From an uncultured Aestuariivirga sp. (GTDB lineage: Bacteria > Pseudomonadota > Alphaproteobacteria > Rhizobiales > Aestuariivirgaceae), in assembly GCA_964392525.1 (NCBI GenBank), contig CAYMQH010000002.1:37992-101991 (forward strand): DNA of 64,000 nucleotides, given 5' to 3'. Made by a program: the position numbers and the translations under genes. This document shows, piece after piece, positions 1-9,570 of this stretch. The notes below the pieces were generated by a model. That model made no database searches, had not been told where the DNA came from, and saw only the letters and a program-made list of their open reading frames with translations. How positions within the stretch are numbered: position 1 is the first letter of the stretch; each line of letters starts with the position of its first letter.

Positions 1-12
1 CTCTGAGCTGCT

Positions 13-35
13 GCGAGGCCGCCGACAGGCCTCGC
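13..35 (-). terminator. GC-rich hairpin just downstream of hutH
   Basis: GCGAGGCC-N7-GGCCTCGC inverted repeat; no clear U-tract, so it may be an intercistronic stem-loop rather than a terminator. Confidence 0.3.
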
Positions 36-40
36 GCCTG

Positions 41-1579
41 TCAGCCCGAAAGCGGCGGGAGGGGTAGACCCGAAGCGCGGGATAAATCACCCATGCCGAT
101 GAGATTGGCGGCACGGCGCAGGTCATGCGCCATGTAGCGGTCATCCTCCATGGCGGCGACATCGCGGCGCAGCCGGCCGATCACCGCCTGCAGCGGCCTG
201 CTGGTGGCCAGTGGGGCACGGAACGCAACCCCCTGCGCCGCGCACATGGCTTCGACGCCCAGTATGACATTCAGGTTTTCGACCATCCGGCCAAGCCGCA
301 CCGCGCCATGCGCGGCCATGCTGACATGGTCTTCCTGGTTTGCGGAGGTCGGGGTTGAATCGGTGACGCATGGCATGGCGATGTGCTTGTTCTCGCTCAT
401 CAGGGCGGCCGTCGTCACTTCGGCGATCATCAGGCCGGAGTTCAGGCCGGGGCGCGGCGTCAGGAAAGGCGGAAGGTTGAAGGACAGGGCAGGGTCCACC
501 ATCAGCGCCACGCGGCGCTGGGAAATGGCGCCGATCTCGGCCAGCGCCAGCGCGATCATGTCGGCCGCGAAGCCCACGGGTTCGGCATGGAAGTTGCCGC
601 CGGAGACGATCTCCCCGCTGCTGGTGAGCACGAGCGGATTGTCTGTTGCGGCGTTGGCTTCGATCTCCAGAGTACGCGCCGCCTGGCGCAGCACATCCAT
701 GGCGGCACCTGTTACCTGCGGCTGGCAGCGGATGCAGTAGGGGTCCTGAACGCGCTGATCACCCGAGATGTGGCTTTCGCGGATCTCTGACCCCGCCAGC
801 AGGGCGCGCATGAAGGTGGCTGCCTCGATCTGTCCGGCATGGCCGCGCAGGGCGTGGATTTCGGGTGTGAGCGGTGCGGTCGAACCCATGATGGCATCGG
901 TCGAGAGGGCCGAGACCACCAGTGCCGATTGCGCCGCATTCCAGCCATCGAACAGGCCGGCCAGCGCGAAGGCCGTGGAGAATTGTGTGCCGTTGATGAA
1001 GGCGAGGCCTTCCTTGGGGCCGAGTGCGATGGGCGAAAGCCCCGCCGCCGCGAGCGCCGCCGCCCCCGGCATGACACGGCCTTCGTATTCGGCTTCTCCG
1101 TGGCCGATCAGCACCGCTGTCATGTGCGACAGCGGCGCGAGATCGCCCGAGGCGCCGACCGATCCCTGTGACGGAATGACGGGCGTGACGCCGCGTGCCA
1201 GCATCTGCTCCATCAGTTCGACCAGTTCCCAGCGCACGCCGGATGCGCCACGCCCGATGCCGAGCAGTTTCAGAACCATCAAGAGCCGCCCGTGAGGCCT
1301 TGGAATTGGCGCGCCGACACCACAGCAATGCGACAGGATCAGGTTGCGCTGCAGGAGGGCCGTATCCTCGGGCGGAATGCGCAGGCTGGCCAGCTTGCCG
1401 AAACCTGTGTTGACGCCATAGACCGGGAGGTCGCCGGCGGCCGCGGCGGCGATGGCGGCAGCGGCGGCATCGACGCCCGGCCGTGCCCGCCTGTCCAGCA
1501 GGACCGGCCGTTCCTCGCGGTAGATCCGTTCGAGTTGCTGCAGCGTTGCTTCGCCGGGGATCAGGATTTCAGGTGTCAA
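41..1579 (-). CDS. hutH: histidine ammonia-lyase
   Basis: MIO-forming [32 protein letters not shown] and [10 protein letters not shown] motifs; TTG start with GGAGG SD. Confidence 0.93.
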   Translation of the reverse strand: MTPEILIPGEATLQQLERIYREERPVLLDRRARPGVDAAAAAIAAAAAGDLPVYGVNTGFGKLASLRIPPEDTALLQRNLILSHCCGVGAPIPRPHGRLLMVLKLLGIGRGASGVRWELVELMEQMLARGVTPVIPSQGSVGASGDLAPLSHMTAVLIGHGEAEYEGRVMPGAAALAAAGLSPIALGPKEGLAFINGTQFSTAFALAGLFDGWNAAQSALVVSALSTDAIMGSTAPLTPEIHALRGHAGQIEAATFMRALLAGSEIRESHISGDQRVQDPYCIRCQPQVTGAAMDVLRQAARTLEIEANAATDNPLVLTSSGEIVSGGNFHAEPVGFAADMIALALAEIGAISQRRVALMVDPALSFNLPPFLTPRPGLNSGLMIAEVTTAALMSENKHIAMPCVTDSTPTSANQEDHVSMAAHGAVRLGRMVENLNVILGVEAMCAAQGVAFRAPLATSRPLQAVIGRLRRDVAAMEDDRYMAHDLRRAANLIGMGDLSRASGLPLPPLSG

Positions 1580-1778
1580 ACGGGCCTCCAGAGATGGGCA
1601 GCGTGGCGTCCCGGCCGGGTCTTCCTGACCCGGTGAGAGGCCTTGCCTGCTGCCCCGCCTCTTACAGCCCTTCCGATCCCCGCAAAAGGGCCCGGCGGGC
1701 GTTGTCGGTCCTGCCAGACAAGAGAATCGGCCACTGTGGCGCGGCCGGACCTCCCGGTGTTGCGCGCCTCAGAGGCCT

Positions 1779-2138
1779 TCAGCTTCGGCCCAGATGCGTC
1801 TCGAGGTCGAGCCTCACGGCAACGCCCGCCATGGCGATGACCGAGACGCCGCCGCGTTCCTCGTCGGGAATGTCGAGTCCGCCCTTCACCACCTTCACCG
1901 TCACCTGGCCATGCGGCAGGCTGGCGGCGACGGCGGCCGTGTCCACCTTGTCGGGTTGCTGCACGCCGATCGTCACTTCGATCTGCATGGTCTTCGGCTC
2001 AACGCCGAGCGTTCGCAGGAACGGAAGGGACGAGTGGTGGATGCAGTCCTGCACGGCGCGAAGGGCCGCCTTGGTGTAATCGCCGCCATGCATGTCGTTG
2101 CCGTGGCCCATCTCAAGAATGATGCGTTTCAGGGCCAT
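1779..2138 (-). CDS. Lin0512-family protein (copy 2)
   Basis: N-terminal LKRIILEMGHGNDMHGGDYTKAA matches the GxGxDxHG motif; ATG overlaps the upstream TGA; GGAGA SD. Confidence 0.85.
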   Translation of the reverse strand: MALKRIILEMGHGNDMHGGDYTKAALRAVQDCIHHSSLPFLRTLGVEPKTMQIEVTIGVQQPDKVDTAAVAASLPHGQVTVKVVKGGLDIPDEERGGVSVIAMAGVAVRLDLETHLGRS

Positions 2139-2488
2139 CACTTTTTCTCCGGAATATCGAGGTAGACGATCGCTGCGGCATTGGCCATCAGGGTGAGGTT
2201 GGTGCCTTCGTCATTCATGATCTCGAGGCCACCCTCGACGACTTCGACGCTGGACTTGCCATAGGGGAGTGTTGCGGCGACTGCCGCCTTGTCAACCAGT
2301 TCGGGCTTGGGCACGCCGACCAGCACCTTCACATGCATGTCATGCGGCGACTGCCCGACGGCATTGGCGATGGTGAGTGAGTTGTGCCAGAGCGCATCCT
2401 TCAGCGCCCGGATCGCAGCCTTGGTGTAATCGGCCCCGGTCAGGTCCGTTCCCATGCCGATTTCGACGATCATGCGTTTGAGCGCCAT
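2138..2488 (-). CDS. Lin0512-family protein (copy 1)
   Basis: MALKRMIVEIGMGTDLTGADYTKAA; paralog of the next gene with the motif His replaced by Thr; start trimmed to ATG 2488 behind GGAGA. Confidence 0.85.
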   Translation of the reverse strand: MALKRMIVEIGMGTDLTGADYTKAAIRALKDALWHNSLTIANAVGQSPHDMHVKVLVGVPKPELVDKAAVAATLPYGKSSVEVVEGGLEIMNDEGTNLTLMANAAAIVYLDIPEKK

Positions 2489-2513
2489 GTGTTCTCCGAT
2501 CTTTCCGCGTCTC

Positions 2514-3356
2514 TCAAGCTGACAGGAATGCCGATACCTCGGCGTTGAAGCGGCGGGGGTTTTCAAAGAACATGAAGTGCCCGCCGCCTTCATGCTCCTC
2601 ATAGATGGATGCTGTGGCATTCGGGTTCACCGCGGCGATCCACTCCTGCGATTCAGCGCTGAAGATGCTCTTGCGGCCGCCGATCACCAGTGTGGGAAGG
2701 CGGCTCGCCATGATGACGTCCCGCCAGTCGTTGAGGCAATGATCGAACAGCAGTTCGGCGGCCGCCTCACGCGGCATCTTCAGGTTCTCGGCAGCGATCC
2801 AGCGCAGGTCCGCCTCCGGCAGGGCGCCGGTGAACATGCCCTTGAGGATGCCCATGGTGCCATCCACCGTTGCGGTGGCGCGCACCACGTCCGCGAAACC
2901 GGCAACCGACTGCACGTCCGGCAGCAGGCAGCCGTACTTCTTCTTTGTCGCGTCGTCCCAACCGGGAAGGGCGGCCACCATCGGCGCCTGGTCGACGATG
3001 ACCAGCCGCCGCAGCCGCTCCTCGCCGAACAGGTCGAGATAGCTCCAGATGATCGAACTGCCCATGGAGTGTCCGAGCACATCCACCTGGTCGAGGCCCA
3101 GAACATCGATTGCCTCCCTCAGGTCCTTGGCCAGCCGCTGGATGCGATGGCCTCCGGCCGCATTGGGACTGTCGCCATGACTGCGCATGTCGAGCGCGAT
3201 GACCCGCCGCGATTTCGCCAGATCGTCGATGTTGCGGCCGAACTCGGCCGCCGACTGCGACCAGCCGGGTATCATGATGAGCGGCGCCCCGCGTCCCGCC
3301 TCGATGGCGTTGAGGGTTGCGCCGCCCGGAAGCACGATGTGTCTGCCAGCCGTCAT
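2514..3356 (-). CDS. alpha/beta-fold hydrolase (perhydrolase/amidase-like)
   Basis: PGWSQS oxyanion region, DMRSHGDS, GHSMG nucleophile elbow, GHFMFFE catalytic His. Confidence 0.88.
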   Translation of the reverse strand: MTAGRHIVLPGGATLNAIEAGRGAPLIMIPGWSQSAAEFGRNIDDLAKSRRVIALDMRSHGDSPNAAGGHRIQRLAKDLREAIDVLGLDQVDVLGHSMGSSIIWSYLDLFGEERLRRLVIVDQAPMVAALPGWDDATKKKYGCLLPDVQSVAGFADVVRATATVDGTMGILKGMFTGALPEADLRWIAAENLKMPREAAAELLFDHCLNDWRDVIMASRLPTLVIGGRKSIFSAESQEWIAAVNPNATASIYEEHEGGGHFMFFENPRRFNAEVSAFLSA

Positions 3357-3372
3357 GGCCGCCTCCCCTGAC

Positions 3373-4137
3373 TCAGAGTTGCACGCCCTTGGTGAGCGCC
3401 CCGTCGATCACCAGATTGGTGCCCATGGTGAAGCTCGAGGCGGGGCTGGCGAGGAACACGATACCCTTGCCGATTTCCTCCGCCGTGGCCATGCGCCCCG
3501 TCGGGTTGAGGGCGAGGGCCTGCTGGAACAGGTCAGGCAGGTTCTTCTCGATATAGTGCCAGATGCCATCCTTGAAATACACGTTGCCGGGCGAGACGGA
3601 GTTCACGCGGATCAGCTTCGGGGCCAGCTTGTGGGCAAGGCCGTGCGCGTAGTGAATGAGTGCCGCCTTGAACGCACCATAGGCGGGCGAGGTGAAGTCG
3701 ATCTCTCGGCCCGACACCGACGAGACGATGACGATCGACGGCCACTTGGATGTTTCGAGATAGGGAAGCGAGGCATTGACGGCGCGAACCGTGTGCATCA
3801 TGTCGATGTCGAACTGGGCCTGCCACGAGGCTTCGGTGTCTTCCGCCGCAGCGAGCGCCGACACATTGGCGACGAGGATGTCGATGCCGCCCAGCGCCTC
3901 GGCGCTTGCCTTCACCCAGCCTTCGAGGGCGGCTTTGTTGCCCACGTCAATGGCTTGCCCGAAGGCCTTCACGCCTTTGCCCTTGAGCGATGCGACCGTG
4001 CTGTTCACCGTTCCTTCATCGCGCGCGCAGACCGAGACATTGGCGCCTTCGTCGGCGAACATGTCGGCAGCGCGCCGCCCGATGCCCTTGGTGCCGCCGG
4101 TGACCAGTACGTTCAAGCCCTTCAAACCGAGATCCAT
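3373..4137 (-). CDS. short-chain dehydrogenase/reductase
   Basis: TGGTKGIG, YGAFK (YxxxK), NSVSPG. Confidence 0.9.
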   Translation of the reverse strand: MDLGLKGLNVLVTGGTKGIGRRAADMFADEGANVSVCARDEGTVNSTVASLKGKGVKAFGQAIDVGNKAALEGWVKASAEALGGIDILVANVSALAAAEDTEASWQAQFDIDMMHTVRAVNASLPYLETSKWPSIVIVSSVSGREIDFTSPAYGAFKAALIHYAHGLAHKLAPKLIRVNSVSPGNVYFKDGIWHYIEKNLPDLFQQALALNPTGRMATAEEIGKGIVFLASPASSFTMGTNLVIDGALTKGVQL

Positions 4138-4148
4138 TTTCCGTCTCC

Positions 4149-5156
4149 CTATTGCTGAGTGTTTGCTGATTGTCCGAGGTAGGATTTCCTGATGGAGGCC
4201 CCGAGCGTGTATTTGGGGTCTACCATGTTGCCCACGCGCACGCGGCCGGCCTGCGTCAGCAGGAAATAGGCTTCGAGTTCGTCGAAGCCATAATCGGAGG
4301 CAAGCCAGCGGGTGAGCTCGCGATAGGCGATGCGGGCGGCGTCCTCCATCGGGCGCGCCGAACCGATTGTCATGATGAAGTCTTCCGTCTCAAGCCGCGG
4401 CCAGGAGATCTGCCAGTTCTTGATGAGGTCGACCTGGATGGTCGTCGTCGATGGCATTTCGACAGCCACGCCGCAGAGTTCGCCATCGCCCTGCCGCCCG
4501 TGGCAATCGCCGAGATAGAGATAGGCATCCTTGTGCAGTACGGGGAAATAGACGACGGCGCCCGGCGCCACGTCCGGCAGGTCCATGTTGCCGCCCCAGT
4601 AGTCTGGCTGCAGCGACAGCACCGCCTCGATCAGCGGCGAGACGCCAAGCGTACCGATGAATGGTTCATAGGGCAGGGTGATGCGGTCGTTGAACTTCAC
4701 GCCCGCTTCGGTGACCTCGTATTTCATCACCCGCTCCGGCAGGGGCGGGTTCAGCATGGCCGTCTGGCCGTTGGAAACGAGGCCGCCGAATTCCGGGATC
4801 AGGGCAGAGGTGCCCACCGGCTGCGGCCCGCGCGGCAGGATCGACTTGATATGGACGCACAGGACATCCCCCGGCTCCGCCCCTTCGACCGCGATGGGGC
4901 CACACTGCGGGTTGACGAATGGCATGCGCAGCTTCTGCGAGGGGAGGTCTTTCTCGGTCCTGATGGCGCCGCCGAAGGCATCCTCCGTCTCGGCGATCAC
5001 CGTGTCGCCAGGGCGGATCGACAGAACCGGCTTGGCATAGGGACCATAGACATAGTGATACTCACCCTGCACGGCCTTGTTCAGCAGATGTGTCGTGCCG
5101 TCCCGCCCGCCTGAAACGGCCTTGCGCCCCATGTAGCTTTTCGTAAGCCAGCTCAT
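4149..5156 (-). CDS. acetamidase/formamidase family protein
   Basis: NPQCGPIAVEGAEPGD, PFIGTLGV, GGNMD, GDCHGRQGDGELCGVAVE; start trimmed to ATG 5156 behind GGAGA. Confidence 0.9.
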   Translation of the reverse strand: MSWLTKSYMGRKAVSGGRDGTTHLLNKAVQGEYHYVYGPYAKPVLSIRPGDTVIAETEDAFGGAIRTEKDLPSQKLRMPFVNPQCGPIAVEGAEPGDVLCVHIKSILPRGPQPVGTSALIPEFGGLVSNGQTAMLNPPLPERVMKYEVTEAGVKFNDRITLPYEPFIGTLGVSPLIEAVLSLQPDYWGGNMDLPDVAPGAVVYFPVLHKDAYLYLGDCHGRQGDGELCGVAVEMPSTTTIQVDLIKNWQISWPRLETEDFIMTIGSARPMEDAARIAYRELTRWLASDYGFDELEAYFLLTQAGRVRVGNMVDPKYTLGASIRKSYLGQSANTQQ

Positions 5157-5226
5157 CTTCTGTCGTTCTCCCTTTTGCAACTGCGAACATCTTGGCGCGG
5201 GCACGGGTCCGATCCCGGCGAAGCGA

Positions 5227-5242
5227 TGCAGAATACATGCCA
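5227..5242 (-). promoter_or_regulatory. sigma-54 (-24/-12) promoter of the amidase operon
   Basis: minus strand TGGCATGTATTCTGCA = GG-N10-GC, about 70 nt upstream of the amidase ATG. Confidence 0.75.
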
Positions 5243-5304
5243 TTGTGCACCGCAACGAGGTCTATGGTGATGGTGTTCCCTAAGCCCCCGGAGACAGCTT
5301 TGTT

Positions 5305-5335
5305 CTTGACATGGATTTTTTCAAGGACCGATAGT
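5305..5335 (+). promoter_or_regulatory. putative sigma-70 promoter of the activator gene
   Basis: TTGACA at 5306-5311 with GATAGT 18 nt downstream. Confidence 0.45.
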
Positions 5336-5359
5336 GTTGTCCACATCAGGAGGAAGCCC

Positions 5360-7309
5360 ATCTCTTCGGCGCAAAGCGATCACATCAACGAACTCATCCG
5401 TGTCGCTGAAGGCGACCCCACGGACCGTGATCCTCTGATCCTCGAATCCTGGCGGCGCTGCGTTGGAAATCATGGGCTGGACCCCTCTGTGATGCGCCCT
5501 GCCGTGATCGTCGAAGACCGCCGCCTGCGCGAGCATCGCGACGCGATGGAAGAGTTGCTGCGCACCGCGCGCTTCGGCGTCGAGGCCCTGTACCGGCATG
5601 TGACGGGGCTTGGATATGTGGTTCTCCTCACCGATCATCAGGGCATCACAGTCGATTACATCGGGGATGAATCGACAACGGACTATCTCCGGTCGGCCGG
5701 GCTCTATCTCGGGGCGGACTGGAACGAGGCGCGCGCCGGCACCAACGGCACGGGCACCTGCATCGCCACCGGCGAGTCGCTTACCGTTCACCAGTGCGAC
5801 CATTTCGACGCGACCCACATTCCGCTCACCTGCACCGTGGCACCGATCTTCGATCCGGCGGGAAACCTCGCAGCCGTCCTCGACATTTCGGCGCTCCGTT
5901 CGCCGCGCGAAAAATCCAGCCAGTTTCTGGCCCTGCAGATCGTCAGGAACTTCGCCCACCGGATCGAGACGGCCAATCTCATCCGCTCCTGCTCGCGCAA
6001 CTGGATCGTCAAGCTGACGACCAACCAGGCGCTGGCGGAAGTCGACATTGAATGCGTGCTGGTACTCGATTCCTCCGGCCGCATCGTAGGGTTCAACCTG
6101 TCGGGGCGGCAATTGCTGGCGCAGGAACTCAAGGTGGGCTGGCGGGACGCCGCCCGCTGCCTCGGCCGGCTTTTTTCCGATTTCTTCGACTGCGAGATCG
6201 ACGGCCTGACACGCTTCGTGGCGCCCAACGCCATCGAGCGCAATGTCGTGCGCCTCACGGCCTCCGGCCGCAGCCTGTTCATTCAGGTGGTGCCGCCCGC
6301 CACCATTCGCGTTCTGACCCCCACGCCTGCGCCGGAGGACAGCAAGCTGCCGCCCGCCCTGAAGGCCGTGGCGGGCGAGGAACCCTCGATCCAGCGGAGC
6401 CTGCGCAAGATTTCCCGCCTGCTCAACACCAACATGAGCATTCTGGTGAATGGCGAAACAGGCACCGGCAAGGAGTTTCTCGCCAAGGCCATTCACCTGT
6501 CCGGCGTGCGGGCGTCAGGCCCCTTCATTCCTGTCAATTGTGCGGCGCTGCCGGACAGCCTGATCGAAAGCGAGTTGTTCGGCTATGAGAGCGGTTCCTT
6601 CACCGGGGCGCTGGCCAAGGGCAAGAAGGGGCTGATCCGCGAGGCGCATGGCGGAACGCTGTTTCTTGACGAGATCGGCGACATGCCGCTCAGTTCCCAG
6701 ACACGCCTGCTGCGGGTGCTGGCCGAGCGCGAGGTGCTGCCCATCGGCGGTACGCGGCCGCATGCGGTCGATATGCGGGTGATTGCCGCCACCCACCGCG
6801 ATCTGCTCGCCATGGTGAAGAGCGGGGCCTTCCGGGAAGATTTGTATTTCCGGCTCAATGGCGCCGTCATCACGCTGCCGCCGCTGCGTGACCGCAGCGA
6901 CCTCGCTGCCCTCGTCGCGCGGCTGTTGGAAAGCCGCGCCTTCCCCGATGGCACGCCGCGCGCCATCTCGGCCAATGCCCTCGGTATTCTGGCCTCCCAC
7001 ACCTGGCCGGGGAACATCCGGGAGCTCGTCAACGTCATCGATTTTGCCTGTGCTGTGGCCAGCAACCCGGAAATCGCGGTCGATGATCTACCGGATGAGG
7101 TGTTCCGCCGCTCGCCGAACGAGGCGGGTTCGGCCATCGAAGAAGTCGCCGGGCGCGAGGGCCATCATGCCGCTGCCCTGCGTGAGGACCTGCGCCGCGC
7201 CGGCTGGAACATTTCCGCCGCCGCGCGCCTCTTGGGGGTAGACCGCACCACGCTGCACCGGCGCATGCGTAAGCTCGGCGTCACGCTGCCGCCGCGCATG
7301 CCGCAGTGA
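5360..7309 (+). CDS. acoR: GAF + AAA+ + Fis-HTH sigma-54-dependent activator (AcoR type); start uncertain (ATC 5360 or ATG 5270)
   Basis: SWRRC..GTNGTGT GAF domain, GETGTGKE Walker A, GSFTGA loop, LFLDEIGD, C-terminal NISAAARLLGVDRTTLHRRM; adjacent to acoXABC. Confidence 0.88.
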   Translation: MSSAQSDHINELIRVAEGDPTDRDPLILESWRRCVGNHGLDPSVMRPAVIVEDRRLREHRDAMEELLRTARFGVEALYRHVTGLGYVVLLTDHQGITVDYIGDESTTDYLRSAGLYLGADWNEARAGTNGTGTCIATGESLTVHQCDHFDATHIPLTCTVAPIFDPAGNLAAVLDISALRSPREKSSQFLALQIVRNFAHRIETANLIRSCSRNWIVKLTTNQALAEVDIECVLVLDSSGRIVGFNLSGRQLLAQELKVGWRDAARCLGRLFSDFFDCEIDGLTRFVAPNAIERNVVRLTASGRSLFIQVVPPATIRVLTPTPAPEDSKLPPALKAVAGEEPSIQRSLRKISRLLNTNMSILVNGETGTGKEFLAKAIHLSGVRASGPFIPVNCAALPDSLIESELFGYESGSFTGALAKGKKGLIREAHGGTLFLDEIGDMPLSSQTRLLRVLAEREVLPIGGTRPHAVDMRVIAATHRDLLAMVKSGAFREDLYFRLNGAVITLPPLRDRSDLAALVARLLESRAFPDGTPRAISANALGILASHTWPGNIRELVNVIDFACAVASNPEIAVDDLPDEVFRRSPNEAGSAIEEVAGREGHHAAALREDLRRAGWNISAAARLLGVDRTTLHRRMRKLGVTLPPRMPQ

Positions 7310-7354
7310 TGTGGCAGGTGTGGCGCCACATCTGTGGCACACGCCGCCACAGAT
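7308..7354. promoter_or_regulatory. candidate upstream activator sequences
   Basis: nested inverted repeats GATGTGGC-N9-GCCACATC, TGTGGCGCCACA and ATCTGTGGC-N7-GCCACAGAT, 95-140 nt upstream of the -24/-12 site. Confidence 0.6.
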
Positions 7355-7447
7355 CAGATATCCCGGTAGGGACGTTTCGCGGATGCACAAAAATCCTGTT
7401 GCGCGTCTTTTCTCGAAAACAGCCATTTAACTGCTGCAGTGCGCAGT

Positions 7448-7462
7448 TGGCACGTAACTTGC
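7448..7462 (+). promoter_or_regulatory. sigma-54 (-24/-12) promoter of the aco operon
   Basis: TGGCACGTAACTTGC, near-perfect consensus 40 nt before acoX. Confidence 0.87.
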
Positions 7463-7502
7463 GAATATCCTGCCAAGTGCTTTTCAAGAGACATGGGTTC
7501 AC

Positions 7503-8534
7503 ATGGGAAAGTCCATCGGCATCATCGCCAATCCAGTTTCAGCGCGTGACATCCGCCGCGTGATCGCCAATGCGACGGCACTGCAGATCACCGACCGCGC
7601 CAACATCGTGTTGCGGGTCCTGTCCTGCGTGAAGGCGTGCGGGGTAGACCATGTTTACATGATGCCGGAGAATGGCGGCATTCGGCATCATGTGCGCCGC
7701 GGCATCGACCGGGCGGTGAATCAGGGGCTGAAGCATTTCCCCGAGATCGAATATCTCGATTACAAGATCTCCGGCACGGTTGAGGACACGCTCAAGGCCT
7801 CCCGCATGATGAAGGAGAAGGGTGTCTCCGCCATAGTGGTGCTGGGCGGCGATGGCACCCACCGCGCCGTGGTGACGGCCTGCGGCGATGTGCCGATCGC
7901 CGGCATCTCAACGGGCACCAACAATGCATTCCCCGAGCACCGCGAACCGACCATCACGGGCCTTGCCGTTGGCCTTGCAGTGATGGGCAGGGTGCCGCCG
8001 GAACATGCCTTCCTGCCCAACAAGGAAATCGTCGTCCGCGTCAACGGCCATGAGGAGATCGCCCTGGTCGATGTGGCGGTCGTCACCGAGCGCTACATCG
8101 GCGCCCGGGCGCTGTGGCGCACCGAGACGTTCCGCGAATTGTTCGTCACCTTTGCTGACCCGGAAGTGATCGGCATGTCGGCGATTGCCGGGCTCCTGAC
8201 GCCGGTGACACGGCTTGATCCCGGCGGACTGCATGTGCGCCTCGCACCCGAAGATGAAGCCAGCATCGTGCTCGATACGCCGATTGCACCGGGCTACATG
8301 CGCGGCATCGGCATCCGCGACTATATGCCGATGCAGCCAAACGTGAAGTACCGGCCCTCGATCACCGATGGCTCGATCGCGCTCGACGGCGAGCGCGAAC
8401 TCTCCTTCACGCGTGACGACGATGTGTCGATCGAGCTCATCCCCAATGCCTTCAGGACCGTGAATGTGAGCGGCTGCATGCAGTATGCCTCGCGCCACGG
8501 GCTGATGCGCCTCACGCCAAAAACCAGACCTTAA
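7503..8534 (+). CDS. acoX: acetoin catabolism protein X (NAD-kinase-like)
   Basis: IIANPVSARDIRR, LGGDGTHR, STGTNNAFP, DGERE; position before acoA. Confidence 0.88.
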   Translation: MGKSIGIIANPVSARDIRRVIANATALQITDRANIVLRVLSCVKACGVDHVYMMPENGGIRHHVRRGIDRAVNQGLKHFPEIEYLDYKISGTVEDTLKASRMMKEKGVSAIVVLGGDGTHRAVVTACGDVPIAGISTGTNNAFPEHREPTITGLAVGLAVMGRVPPEHAFLPNKEIVVRVNGHEEIALVDVAVVTERYIGARALWRTETFRELFVTFADPEVIGMSAIAGLLTPVTRLDPGGLHVRLAPEDEASIVLDTPIAPGYMRGIGIRDYMPMQPNVKYRPSITDGSIALDGERELSFTRDDDVSIELIPNAFRTVNVSGCMQYASRHGLMRLTPKTRP

Positions 8535-8551
8535 ACCATGGGAGGACTTAT

Positions 8552-9550
8552 ATGACTGCTCCAAACAGCACCGCCGGGATATTCCCGCTGGACAAGCCAG
8601 GGCTCCTGAAGGCGTACCGTACCATGCGGACGATCCGTGAGTTCGAGGAACGCCTGCATGCCGATTTCGCCAAGGGCGACATCCCGGGCTTCGTGCATCT
8701 TTATGCGGGCGAGGAAGCCTCGGGCACCGGCATCATGATGCACCTAGAGGACAAGGACCGGATCGCCTCGACCCACCGCGGCCACGGGCACTGCATCGCA
8801 AAGGGCGTCGATCCTGAGGGCATGATGGCCGAAATCTACGGCAAGGTGACGGGCTCCTGCCGGGGCAAGGGCGGCTCGATGCACATCGCCGACCTGTCCA
8901 AGGGCATGATGGGGGCGAACGGCATTCTCGGTGCCGGAGCGCCATTGGTGTGCGGTGCGGCCCTTGCCGCCAAGTACCGCGGCGATGGCGCGGTGGCGAT
9001 CTGCTTCGTGGGAGACGGCGCCTCGAACCAGGGCACCTTCCTCGAAAGCCTGAACCTTGCGGCGGTGTGGAACCTGCCGGCGATTTTCGTGGTCGAGAAC
9101 AACGGCTACGCCGAATCGACGTCGCGCGATTACGCCGTGGCGGTCGATTCCTATGTGGACCGCGCGGCGGGCTTCGGCCTTCCCGGCGTCACCGTCGACG
9201 GCCTCGATTTCTTCGCGGTCTATGAAGCAGCCGGCGAAATCATCAAGCGGGCGCGCGAGGGCGGCGGCCCGGCGCTTCTCGAGTGCAAGATGATCCGCAT
9301 GTACGGCCACTTCGAGGGCGACCAGCAGACCTACCGTGCCAAGGGTGAACTCGAGGACATCCGCGCCAACAAGGACTGCATCAAGATGTTCGTGCAGCGC
9401 GTGACCGAGGCGGGCGTCATCAGCCGTGGCGAGCTCGACGCCATCGACCGAGAGGTGGTGAAGCAGATCCAGGATGCCGTGGCCTCCGCCAAGGCTGCGC
9501 CGCTGCCCACGGCGGCCGACCTCGTCACCGATGTTTATGTCAGCTACTGA
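8552..9550 (+). CDS. acoA: acetoin:DCPIP oxidoreductase alpha subunit (TPP-dependent E1 alpha)
   Basis: GFVHLYAGEEA, STHRGHGH, GDGASNQG..ENN TPP motif, YGHFEGD. Confidence 0.92.
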   Translation: MTAPNSTAGIFPLDKPGLLKAYRTMRTIREFEERLHADFAKGDIPGFVHLYAGEEASGTGIMMHLEDKDRIASTHRGHGHCIAKGVDPEGMMAEIYGKVTGSCRGKGGSMHIADLSKGMMGANGILGAGAPLVCGAALAAKYRGDGAVAICFVGDGASNQGTFLESLNLAAVWNLPAIFVVENNGYAESTSRDYAVAVDSYVDRAAGFGLPGVTVDGLDFFAVYEAAGEIIKRAREGGGPALLECKMIRMYGHFEGDQQTYRAKGELEDIRANKDCIKMFVQRVTEAGVISRGELDAIDREVVKQIQDAVASAKAAPLPTAADLVTDVYVSY

Positions 9551-9570
9551 TCTGAGGGAGAGATAAGCAC

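Noticed and set aside
1690-1730. Weak resemblance to a HutC operator upstream of hutH
   Set aside because: Too many mismatches to the TGTA-N2-TACA-type palindrome
5192-5359. N-terminal extension of the activator in the ORF track, and similar extensions for dxs, pyk, sga, LysR, MttB and the binding protein
   Set aside because: The extensions overlap promoters or neighbouring genes; better SD-linked starts exist downstream
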